Source of the DNA: Balanoglossus misakiensis | Taxonomy: Eukaryota; Animalia; Hemichordata | Direction of reading: 5' to 3' | NCBI GenBank assembly: GCA_040954595.2 | Contig: CM082581.2 | Coordinates: 13,775,921 to 13,839,920, forward strand | DNA length: 64,000 nucleotides | In this document: positions 51,996 to 64,000 of the stretch, piece after piece | How the letters are laid out: each line of letters opens with the position of its first letter | Numbering within the stretch: the stretch's first letter is position 1 | Made by a program: the position numbers and the translations under genes | The notes under the pieces: model-generated | Database searches by the model: none | Seen by the model: the letters and a program-made list of their open reading frames with translations, nothing else | What the model was told of the DNA's origin: nothing

Positions 51996-54900
51996 GTTTC
52001 GATCTCTTCCTCACACGTTGCAAATACTTTGAACACACTCGGCTGGATGATACTGTAAAGGAACAGAAATTACGAATACAACAAATTATTATTTATCAAT
52101 TAAAAAAATAAGACTAACCTGCAAGAGATCCTGCAATTAACGATGCCATTGATGTGGAAGTACCGTAAATATCAATCAGCTATTCGAGAAGTAGAATTTG
52201 TGCGGCAGAAAATGTTCGCAGCTATGTGTATATAGTTTGCATAGAGAGTTTCTACAGACAGTCCTGATGATAATTTATATTACATGAAGCGCCTCTTTAT
52301 CTCCAGCTTTTGTGACAACACCTTTGCTTTCAACTGAACACTGTGGTCTGCTGTTCTGTGCTCTGCTCCAGCCCCTCTGGAAAATGCATGCATTAAAGCT
52401 TTATTAATGAAGATTTGATGAGAATGGCCGTTAATTGCACACCCCTGAACTTGGCCCAGTGATGTCATCAGTGATGTCACAGTATTTCAGACAAATATCA
52501 CATCCACCCATACTCATACCATGTCATGTAACAAAAATATAACAATGCATAAGGTTTTGTGGGGTTTGGTTCTTTATTGTCATTTAAGCCGGACTGTGTT
52601 GGTTGCAATTTTGATTTTTGGAAGACGGATGTCCATGGAAAATATTCGGGATTCTGGCTAAAAATTCACAATATCACCAGAAGGATGAGAACCATGCAAG
52701 GACTGGAGATAGAAACATCTTTGCATATTTTCTCATAATCATCAAATTTGGTTATTTTTCAGCTATACCAGCGTTTGATTTGAATGGTGGTTATTGATTT
52801 TTACCAAGTTTATAAAGCAATCTGTTTCAACAATTTATTGAATTATTTCCCTTGAGTAAGCCCCCACTAAAAAGATTATTAAATTATCTGACCCCAAAGG
52901 TCAAAGTGCAAAGGCTTTAATGACGTTTTTTTTCTGTTCAACTGACAGTGAGTCTGATTTCCATGGAATCATTTATAAGTGTTCACCTTCTATGCTGAAA
53001 TGAAAAGCACACAGTATTTCCATTTCCCCAAAGAAGATACCATCCCATCGTATCAGTTTTAGATTCCGATACAGATACATGTACATGTGTGTCATCAATA
53101 CTAGTGGTAAAACAAGTGACATTTCAGCAATTTTTAAGCTGAGATGTAATATTTGGTCACATTTTCATCATTGAAGCATGTTAAATAAAATGTAACTTAA
53201 ATTGAGTGGACATGCCCACTGTAGTCACCAAGGAAACGGTTGGTGATTGTTAACGTCAGAAAGATGAAGATGACATCCTACCCCTTTGTCAGTCAGTGTC
53301 ATACGAAAAGAAAGGCAAATCTGTGTGAAAAGGTTATTAATTATAAATATCATCTGACATCAGAAATATCATGATGCCTCTTTAGGAGAACGCTGGCATA
53401 CAATTACTCTAATGCAAATGCGGTTTCCTTTAAACTCAGGACCTTGATTCCCATTACGGGTTCTTTGACTGACAAGAATGTCAGCTGAGTCAGTGCAATT
53501 TTACAGGAGAGAAAAAAACAACTGCCAGCCAGATTGAGAGAGGAAATGAAGTTTGCCAGGTACGCAGAAAATTCCCAGCATCAAAAGATCAGATGCTCAT
53601 TCATCTGTCAGAGATATATAGGAGTGGTGACAATTTCCCACCACAAGAAACACAACAATGGGAGACTTATAATGGTTTTGCCTGCATCCCACATCAGTTG
53701 TATATTGCATTCTGGTAATAGACACCTGAGACAGTGTGATGATGTCAGCTATCTCGATCACCTGCTCTTTCTATGAATGTCACACACAGAGAAGGCTGCC
53801 CATCATGGACGATGCAGCGTTATAGAGATCAATGGCTACACGTGTGATGTATTGGACTTGCAAGACAACCTGTTCAATACTGTATTGGACTAGTTTGATG
53901 GTCTGTTCAATGCAGATTCTCATGCACAGAGAGTCTGGGTCTATAGAGTGTTTTTCTTTTTGTAAGAGGGAACCCTGGTAACACATCTGATGGCCATTTA
54001 TATGGCAGCAATGATACACCAAGGGGAACCAGGTAAAACAACAGGACAACCCCATTGTCTGAAATCCTCCATTCTGTGGCTGTAATGTGGCCTACTTATA
54101 ACATAACCACTCATAACTTTGATTTTGCCAGATTGTCAATTTTTCCCTTGTCATAAGCATGTGTTTCTTTGTCTTCACCAATATGGGTCTGTTTGACAGC
54201 TTTGGAGAGGGTATGTATATTCATGGGATAAGAGGAATTTGTACAAGAGCTCAGACTAGTAAAATTGACTGATTTATGATCAAAAACTCATATATCTTCA
54301 TCATTATGGAATATGTGTACCTTGAAGCAAATATACTCATAACAGATTGTGTATCTTCTGCATGCAAACTATTACAGAGGGCATGTGGACTCTGTTTATT
54401 TATATATTCAGGGGCATTAGAGTACCCATTTGTAAACACAATGTCTGAAAATAGTAATAATTGTAAAGAACAAACACATTAGGTAATGTAAAAAAAAAAG
54501 AGATTGCCAAAACATTATAACATATATAGAACTGATTATACATTAAATTGTGTAAAAGAATAAAATATTCTCATGTGAATAAAATACAGGGTCAGTTGAG
54601 AATTGCAGTTAATATGGGTATAGCATCCTTGACAGTCCTATTACCGATTTTGATTGTCATTGGAGACTGCTGATGTATTCTTTGCTGAAGGGGTTTGACC
54701 CTGTCTCCTGTACAACCTCAGGAGCCAAAATACGCATCTGGATTGTAAACTATGATTTCAGATCGGAGCAGTGCAATAGTGAAATTTGATGAAATCAGAA
54801 AATGTTTTGCAAAGTTATGGACATGAAACAGTAGTAATGGGAAATTCGTATTGCCATTGACGTTCATAAAAGACAAGGATTGATATCCACGTGACATTGT

Positions 54901-57900
54901 TTGTTTACCTGCCGAAATGTTCCAACTTAAGTGCCAATGTCACCACTGAATGGAATGGTGTCCTCTGAAGGCTGATAATTCACTTTCTCAAGAATATCAC
55001 AATAGATCATCTGTCACTCACTTATTTTCAACTCGATTAGATTGAACAAAAGTATTCACCTTATCATTAGCATTTGTGATAGTCAACCAAACTGCATCAC
55101 ATCAGCCTTGAATAGGAGCAGTTTTTGGCACAGAATTTCTGATACAGCAGTGTCTAAATAGCCAACCCCCTTCGTCTCCCCCTAGTTACCATACTTGCCA
55201 GACTCCCAGCCTACCTGACTGGAGCTTTCCTTGGCCACAGACGCAGCAAACCTAACTTGGCAGCCACCATCTATTATCGGCTGTCATACAATCACACAGA
55301 TCTGGAAAATTGATCTATGCGTCCTCTATACGGTAGACGGCTGATACAGTTCCCCTGATGGCAAAAGATGTCTCATCAATATCAGCAATCAGTTGAAAGC
55401 CTTCAAAGTATCAGCAGGCCCACTTTACAGTATAAAACGCAAGTACTATATCACCATAAATAAGAACAATTTTCGGAGCTGCGCTGATTACCTGCAACTG
55501 GCAGACAACAGGGCTGTTATTTGATACGCACTAAGCCACTTACATTTGAAGGGGTAATCTCGGCATTGCTGTATAAACTGCATAAAATGACTGGAGACTT
55601 CTTCCCTCAAAATTCTATAAACAAGCTCGCTGTATACATCTTGTATACAATGTCAGAATCAGCTGGCTCAATCAATGTTATTGAGATATCACAGAAATTT
55701 TCTCTGCGTACGCCGTATGCTAGACATATATCTACAACATTTGATTTTTACATTGCAAGTCCAACAGAAGCTCTAAATCTGCATTTAATAAATGTTACTT
55801 CTAAAAGCTGTGAGTGACCCAGCTTTCCAAATGACTTCATTTGTGAAAATGATAGAAAACTAATTGAAAGGTATATTTTTGTAGCTAGTTATACTGTACA
55901 CATCTTGTGAAACAACAAAGCTATCTTTGATTTATAGCACACTGTCAAATTATACCAAACACTGAAATTTACAATATACCATGCATGTATACTGTGCGTG
56001 ATTTTTCCCACTGCACCATGAAATGGATCAAAATTCTTCTAAAATTAATCAGTGTTCACGGTCAGATTCATTTCACACAGAACACTGCTGGCAGGAAATT
56101 AAATATTGATACAGAGATGGTTTAATATTTGTTTGAACTAGATGTAAGGTAGTTATCAGCTGTGTGAATTCTGGTGATTTCATGCAAATTTCGAACCCAG
56201 TATTGTTATGAAATATTTTAATCATCTTTCTACCATAGTGTACTAATAAGGAAAGATTTCACTGAATTAAAACAAGACTTGAGTCTAATCTCATTATACT
56301 GGAGAGATACATTTCAATCTCTCACATTCAAAATCAGCACCATTTTATTCCATTTCAGACTGTCGCATCTATCAATATAGGGATGAAAATACAATACAGC
56401 AGAATTATACAGATGATCACAAATGCTGAATTCAGTCAATAGGTGGTGATTTTGGTCGACCAAATTTAGATCAAAGGTCATCAAGCAATATTCAAGCAAA
56501 TGTTTTTCTATTTTACAAAGAACAGACTTCTGTATGTTCTTCCATTGGGTATTGATTTGTTTATTGATGTGTGTACATTTGAACTGTGCAGAATTCATAT
56601 TAATCTGATGACAAAAAAAGTCCTCACACAATACACTGCATGTATTTTTCATAATTCACTGACTACACGATATTTCATAACAAGGTCTCATATTAATTCT
56701 ATTCCGCATGATTTCTTCTTTGAATTCACACGGATGAATTGAAATATTCATGAAGTCATACGACGGCAGACATTATTGATAATCTGTCGGAGTGAGCTGA
56801 CACTAAAGGTTACCATTGATTTGTCATAAAAAATTGTGTGTGAAATAGAGTTTGATGAGCAATAGTGGGAGCTGTGCAGAGCTGCCACATTCACAGCGAC
56901 CATTCAAATCGCTCACGGGCAGTTTCTTACTTATACAGTAAAACCTGTCTGAGCTCAAACAGAAACACACAAAATTTCTTCTCCATACAAACCAAAACGA
57001 CCCTCAAAACCAAGTCAAAAGTTAGTGACTTTTTCCCTTTTCAGCTCGACCAATGGGCACGCATTGCATGCAAAACTGATATTGTGAAACTCTGTCACTA
57101 CAGGCATCTGTGATGTGCTGCAAAGCATACTGTTGGAGAACTGACCCACGACTCTTGCTCCAAGACTGTGTAGTATCAGGAACACGCTTGCATGCATGTC
57201 GCATAGACACAACGTGAATTATGAAGTCTTGTCGCTGAACTATAAAATGCCCTCCAGTGGTATTACAAGATTTGGGTAAGTAACTGGGGTCTTTTCCAAT
57301 GTAATGCACAGTGTATGCGATATTCATAAATATTCATATGGACTGTATATGTACGTGCTGAAATGTATTTGTGCCTGTAGATGGGGAACATTCAGGCTAT
57401 CTCAGTGGGATTCTGTGCAGATGGTGGAGTGGAGCATGCACTCAGTCAATGGCTAGGAGGTAAGCCACACATTAAGAAAAGAGCTACAAACATAGGGGGT
57501 ACCTAAGAATTCAGTAAGAACGGAAAATGAAAGTTATACCTTACATTATACAGTGATTCTGCAGAGATGCTTGACAAGGTGGAAGAGTTATAGTATCACT
57601 GAAAGAACTATGATTATTTTTTGTTATTGTAAACCGTATTTTGGACTTAAATGTTCATATAAATGTTACTGAAGATTAGATACTGAATTTCGCATTTGCA
57701 ACATCCATCATATGAACTAACATACACACTATGCATCTTTGCTCTTTGTACAAATCTGTGTGTTTCTAACATTACATGGTTTCCTGGTGGTAGATGTCAT
57801 ATAATGCCAGAAATATACAATTGAATATCTAGTGTTGCCCTAATATCATCCTGTGTGTGGGAGGATATACTATACATGTCCTGGAAGCAGGTAACTTAAA

Positions 57901-60066
57901 TCTGTAGTTGCTGTATTAAATAGCAGACAAATTGAAAATTGAAAAACTGGCATTTTGCCTGCAAAAATCACCCACTCACAATCCCAAAGGTCCTCACCTC
58001 ACAAACTCCTCATTTGCAGCTGGTAATATTAAAGTGTGGCCTGTTTGGTTGCCAAGACTGACTTGAACCATGTATCCTTTGGGCACAGTTTACATCACTT
58101 TTTGTCTAAAATGGGGTGAACAAATTCTTACAGAATTTGAACTAATTATGATTTGCGATTCCACTGGGGTTTTTTTTGGAACAGACTCACAAGAGACTGA
58201 CACTGTGACATTTCACCCCCAGAGTGCCATGTTAGTGTGACTGATGGGCCTAGAAATACTTGACAAACAGGATCCTGGTTCTGTGCCATGGATCATACAC
58301 TCCTTTCACATCTTATCACAAGTACAAACTGCCAAGCCAATGAACTCCCTCACAAAGGTGTGAACTCAACACTTTTCATATACAGGATGTGTGAGAATAC
58401 ATCTGTGTATCAACCTTGCAAATTACTTGGCAAATTGCAGAAAATGTTGATTTTATCTTGGCTGTACACCTACATACATTGTATACACTGATGTTTACAA
58501 ACACCCTCAATCAACATACAAACTTTTGCAGTTGTTTTCAGGAAGTGATATGAAACAAAAGGTGATTGTATCAGTTTGCAGCAATAATTTAACGCAAAAA
58601 CATATTATCTTGTTTTGTGAAACTGTATGAGTAGGATGAATGTGACAGAAGGGAGTCTGTTAATCCAGGAGTAATTAGCTTCCATGGATCGTATGCAGCT
58701 CTACTCTGATGCAGTCACCTCTAACAAAAATCAAATATGTTTAAATGAAATTGAGGAAAATACATCAGGGGCTGTTGCAGTACAAACCATACTTAACTTT
58801 TAGTCTACTGATGACACCATTGGATATAAACAGGCTCCAGTGACTGTTTGAAATCACCGGAGACTGTCTGCCATTTGCCACTATATATTTGTATTTGTGT
58901 TTATTTATGATGAAAGGGGAAAAAAATTACCGGTACCAGTAATAAAAAAAATCAGTTTCAAAAATTAATATGTATCTCTGCAAGAACTTCCAGTGTTTGC
59001 TGGCTATGAATGTTATGTGAGTAGAACACTGCAGAAGCATTTTGGAAGTTTGTGAGCATGGGAAAGAACAGAGCACAGAGAAACAGCCTTGGGGAAAGAA
59101 CATTAAATCATTTGGATTTCTTGACCTGTCTTTGTGATTCACGCTGGCCTTTACTGAAGAATGTGCTCTAAACCATGCAAAATTGCACTGACATTGAAAC
59201 ATTCAAACAATGGAAACTGCTACCAACAAATTGTAGTATACTGTACAGTCGATAAGGAGCCAAGTGCTGTACCACTCACTGACACACACACACACGTACA
59301 CACACACACTCAACAAATCACAAACAACTGAACTTCAATATCAAAGGCCAATGGCATACAGTATTTAATGGAGTGGCTGAATAGGCATTACAGACAACCA
59401 AACATTGCAATAATTGATAGCCTTAACGTTAGTGAACGTGGTAAATACTGGATGAATTCAAACGGAGACAACACTACTGTCATTCATAAAACTTGCATTA
59501 GGTTGTACATTCCATTGTGATAAATCAGGTTTTATTATGGATTCAATATGTTAAGCTTACAAAAGTACATTTGCACATAATTTCTCTCCTTGTCCCCCAA
59601 CTCTATTAATATTTGGGAGAGTGCTCAACATAGCAATGTTCACCCTTCTCAATCTCATCACGTAAATAACAACTCCATTATCCTGTTCATTTCAAAGCCA
59701 TGTACATTTCACTCCAGCAAAGGATTTTTTTCGCAGCATGTTAAAAGCAGTTTACTAGTATTTCAACTTGGAATGTTTATTCACAAATCAGTCGAATAAG
59801 TGTACAAATAAAAAAATTCACCCTTTCCCGATATTGTGCATAGTTACCATGGTAGTGTTACGAGAAATTTACGCTATCATTTCCAGGACTACGCAGCGCT
59901 TTTTCTGGGGCCGGTAACAGTGAATTTAGGAAAAAGTTGTAAATAATTGATTTTCCATCAGTAGAATAGCATATTGAATTTAATTATTCGTTGCTAAGCA
60001 CCACTATTCATAAACTACTCTACAGCCGTTCTCGTAACAAAGACAGCATACTATACATAATCTTAC

Positions 60067-60420
60067 CCAAAATCTATGCGATGCTCCAAATTCACAGTGA
60101 ACGATACTTCAAGATGCAATTCGTGATGGATTGGTTGCAACCGAAATCTGAAGTTTCGTCGAGATGAAGTGAGCGAAATCGCATAAAAACGCTACGGACG
60201 AAAGCAAAGGATTTTCTATGATCGGTATACAGACGATCGGCAATAAATTAACTGTCCGAAGGATGAATTTATCCCCTGTGCTTACGTTGCGGCGTCTTGG
60301 AATATGTGCGTTCAAAGAGAAGGGCACTGCAGTCGCCTTGTGAAAGTTTGTCTCCGCGAGCAGCAAGATGAAGTTTCCGATTGATGCAATTTCGCGTAGC
60401 TATGCCACTCAATTCCTGTA
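60067..60420 (-). other. Putative non-coding first exon of complexin (upstream boundary approximate)
   Basis: The complexin ATG exon begins at a strong acceptor (ttctgttcctttacag|, exon start 52052), so an upstream exon is needed. A G|GTAAGA donor on minus lies at 60067, at the edge of a CpG-rich patch, with a CCAAT box near 60445. Confidence 0.45.
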
Positions 60421-61803
60421 ACAGCTTTGGCTACGTGATCGAGACCAATAGAATCACCCTAACCTCAAATACAGGCCTCAAGCACTACAATCACTTTCCA
60501 AACGAAATTCATCGTAAATCACATCCTGATTGTCGCTCTCACACATGCGCACAACAGTAACGAACAGAAATAACGATATCCAACGTTGGTGGCGCGATGT
60601 AACTACGTCCAAGATTTCGAACCTTGGCTTTGTTTCACATGCCACATTATGTGCGATCAGATGATCTTGTATCATTAGATCATATACCAAGATTTGTTAA
60701 ATAAGAGTTTCATTCGGAAGAGCCAATGGCGAAACTATTAAGAGAACTCATAGAGTTTTCAATTTTAAGCATGGCTGCTTGTCTGTTAACCGTGCTTAAG
60801 GAGAGATGCAGAATTGCAGATATCTTCATTTCTGTAACTATCCCGTCAGACAGTTTGTAATATGAACCCATACAACATATGAATATTCTCTCCCAGTCCA
60901 TTGCTTCATGTTCTATACGCGATGGCGTGTAACTAATATCTCTGGTGTGTGGTCTTCAATCTCAGACCAGACAACAACACTTATCGTTCTTATTATTCCA
61001 GAGCACCAGTTTATGTTACAAACGTCCAACTGTTTGGTGGTTAGGCTGAATATAGGTCTACGAACAAGGTAAGGGGACGTTTGTGGCATGTTGAAAAGTA
61101 AAGATGTTGAAACTGATTAGAATTATCGACAGTGACACACTTTCGGAGTCCTTGGGTAGCCTAACCCTGTTTAGCATTTGTATGGTGATAAACATATCTC
61201 CACCTACAAAGTTTTTGTCGTTTAAAACTTTTGTCATGTCTACTGAATTGGGGTCACCAGCGTTGTTTTGCAGGGTACATACCAAGCAATGTTTGCAATT
61301 TTTTTATGTAAGCTTAGCGAGTCTTACGAAGACTTTTGTGTATATAATGAACAGAGACAATGTACAAGCTGCTAAATTGTGGATATTTCTTAGCTTACCC
61401 CAACGCAGGTATACAATAAGGTGTAGTCCCCATTCATGGCTGCGCTGTAGGCGTGTTGACTTTTTTGTCGTCGACGTTGACAGTCCAAAGATAACCCTTT
61501 GGTCACGTGAAGTTGCTAGATGATTGAAAGCCTACCAAGCAAAGAGTAATAAACACTTGATAAAGGAATGGTAACTGTGTACGACTGTAGGTGACCGCCC
61601 ACAGGAAAGTGCGAAGTTAACGTTCGTCCTCCAAGGGAGGGTTTCAGGTACAGTTCGCGACCACAACTGCGAATTCACTGCTTATTGTCGCACGTCATCC
61701 TGGCAAAACTTGCACCTGCAAACTTGTACCTTCTCTCAGTAATCCGCGAGTGTTGCCTTCTTTCTTCATTAAAAAAAATACGATAACTGGAGGTAAAGCA
61801 AAC
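60420..61803. promoter_or_regulatory. Putative divergent promoter region between complexin and SLC1A
   Basis: CpG-rich segment upstream of the SLC1A ATG and of the inferred complexin first exon; E-box GTCACGTGA at about 61502 and CACGTCA at about 61691. Confidence 0.45.
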
Positions 61804-63945
61804 ATGAAGTGCTCAAGCCAGTGTCTGAAGAAATGGATGAAAGAGAATTTACTTCTATTACTGACTTTGGTGGGCGTTGCTCTGGGGTTCATCCTGGTTG
61901 CCATATTAAAGGTAAGTAACTACATTCAATTCAAATGTAACTTAATTGGACGAATGTGCTGTCAAATTGAATGCAAGCTTAAGTGGTATGTCTTGAACCT
62001 GTTATACCACAGTTTAATTTCTTATCTGCATTGTTAGCGAAAAGTTCATTCCTTTTTGGTTTCAGCGTTTTTATTCTTCATAAAAATAAGTTAACTCTAA
62101 ATGAATATTACTAGTCGGATTTGGGATTGCCATGTGTTTAACTTGTAGTCACTGGACGTATCTGATGATGCTAAAATGTGGATTGGCCTTCCGGGTGAAT
62201 TATTCATGCGTGGATTACGCTGTATGATCCTTCCTGTAATAACATCCAGTATCATCACAGGTGAGTTAAACTTGAACATGGAACCACGCTTTTTGACAGT
62301 GTGCGAGTATACAGAAAGCCAGATTTACTGGGACACCTGAGTTTGCACAGTTTGCTCAGTTTGTCGAATAACAGCAAACTTCTTTCATTTTCCTCTCATT
62401 TTCTTACAGCAACGGCGTCTGTTGATCCAAAATCTAATGGCAAAATGAGTGGCATTAGTTTTGTGTACACGTTTAGCGTCGTGTTCTTGGGTGTGGCGTT
62501 GGGACTAACTCTGAGTCTCACCGTCAAACCGGGCGACTCCAATGCTGACATAGGTCATAGTGACTACGAACCAACATATTACGAAACGTTAGATGTCATC
62601 GCTGATTTGTTGAGGTAAGTTTGTTTATCTCAGGTGTTTTATTTTGTGTCCACGTTTGTCATGTACATTTTTCATAAATTTGTTGTTTTTATTTAGTACA
62701 GTTTTCCATGGCTGCAGTGATGGTGAACTGGTTGGGTGACTGGATGGCCAACACTTGCGAGCTATCCAGCCACCAGCCCACCATGGCTACAATTATTGCA
62801 GCCAAGTCTTCCTCAATAATTGTTACCTGCCTAACCTCGGTTGAATGCATATGGTATAAGTAGAGCAGAGTTCGCGCGACCAGTCATTCAGGTCAACGTG
62901 TACTTATCGATGTCAACAGTGACATGGGTCCGGGGAAGCATGTCAGAACTCTATGGAATCATTTCGGTGCTCGTGCGCATGTAACAGGTGCTGCAATGTA
63001 ATAAATGCAGATGTATGATAACCACCGACATCACCTAACCACGGACTCAGAAATATTCGTTTTACTTCTTTATTTTTTCAGAAATATGATCCCGGCTAAC
63101 ATTGTCCAGGCGTGTCTGGAATCGGTAAGTGGCAATCAAGGTGATAACTATGGAGATAGTTTACCGTTTTAAGTGTCTATTTTAGAGAATCGTTGTTCTG
63201 CAAGTTTATAAAGACTCTGTCAACCTGAATTCTGGCCGCATAATCGATTAAACATGAAACATAAAACAAGAAGGAATGTGGTAGAGCAAAGAGTCGGGCG
63301 GTTATTGTGGCGGAGATGATTTTGCTGAAAAAAATTAGTGGTTTTGGAAAAACGACTCCTCGAAAGTACCCTAGAACTTCCAAATTGCTATATACATGTA
63401 GTGAAACTTAGACAAAATCCGTTCCTGTAATCTTAAACTTTTCAAACCTTATCTCATGACCAATGTTATTGATAGTTTCACACTTTGTTGTTTTTGCAAA
63501 GAATTTAATGGGATATAATATGTTTGTTTTACTTTAGAGTTATACAGAGTACACATTTGAGAAAAGAAATGTCAATGGAACAAACGGAACTATAACAGAA
63601 GATGTGGTTGCAACAAAAGAGAGCGCTTATTCAAACAGGACTAATATTCTAGGTAATAGAGTGACGTAAATTTGTTCTTTCCTCTGTACTCTGTATTATT
63701 GTATGTTTGATGAACAAGGTGCGTCTGGCATTCCCGTGTATCGCACATATGACAGACAGACAGACAGACAGACAACGTGAATCAGGATATGACTGTCAGT
63801 ATTTTTGGCTTGTTTCAGGTCTCTTGGTATTTTCAGCGATTTTTGGATTCACAATGAGTTTATTCAAGGAAGAAACGCGCACCATGTTTAACTTCATGGC
63901 ATCTCTTCGCATTATCTCATTGAGGATTTTGTCCATCTATATATG
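61804..63945 (+). CDS. SLC1A: SLC1A / excitatory amino acid transporter family member (dicarboxylate:amino acid cation symporter), first 6 coding exons; continues past window end
   Basis: Exons 61804-61911, 62149-62260, 62410-62614, 63082-63124, 63538-63652, 63819-63945; GT-AG introns with phases 0,1,2,0,1 and a phase-2 donor after 63945. Motifs ENLLLLLTLVGVALG, GLPGELFMRGLRCMILPVITSSII, VKPG, DLLRNMIPANIVQAC, an N-glycosylated loop (NGTNGT) and NILGLLVFS are typical of EAAT TM1-TM5. Confidence 0.93.
63752..63774. repeat. (GACA)n microsatellite in SLC1A intron 5
   Basis: gacagacagacagacagacagaca seen directly. Confidence 0.85.
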
Positions 63946-64000
63946 GTATGTGCAAGGCAGTGTAATTCTTCTGTCATGAAAGAACTTGTAGCCCCAAGAT

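Overview
Eukaryotic, intron-rich genomic DNA from an AT-rich invertebrate, probably a mollusc or other lophotrochozoan (inferred from protein style only). Five spliced protein-coding genes can be reconstructed by hand, all with GT-AG introns in compatible phases. (1) A PPAR-like (NR1C) nuclear receptor on + (18273-20435, 5' exon not located). (2) A second PPAR-like paralog on - (23113-26599, complete, 381 aa), tail-to-tail with the first and sharing its intron positions. (3) A 651-aa predicted secreted protein on + (28172-33481), divergent from PPAR-B, combining a bacterial-lectin-like WxxW beta-propeller, a SKICH/Fn3-like domain and a Cys-paired helical domain. (4) Complexin on - (38001-51995), with two possible C-termini. 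(5) The 5' part of an SLC1A/EAAT-family amino-acid transporter on + (61804 to beyond the window end). The first 18 kb has no convincing coding sequence, only small repeats and element remnants. No rRNA, tRNA, CRISPR array or intact transposon was recognised. Family assignments come from motif recognition by eye, not database searches.
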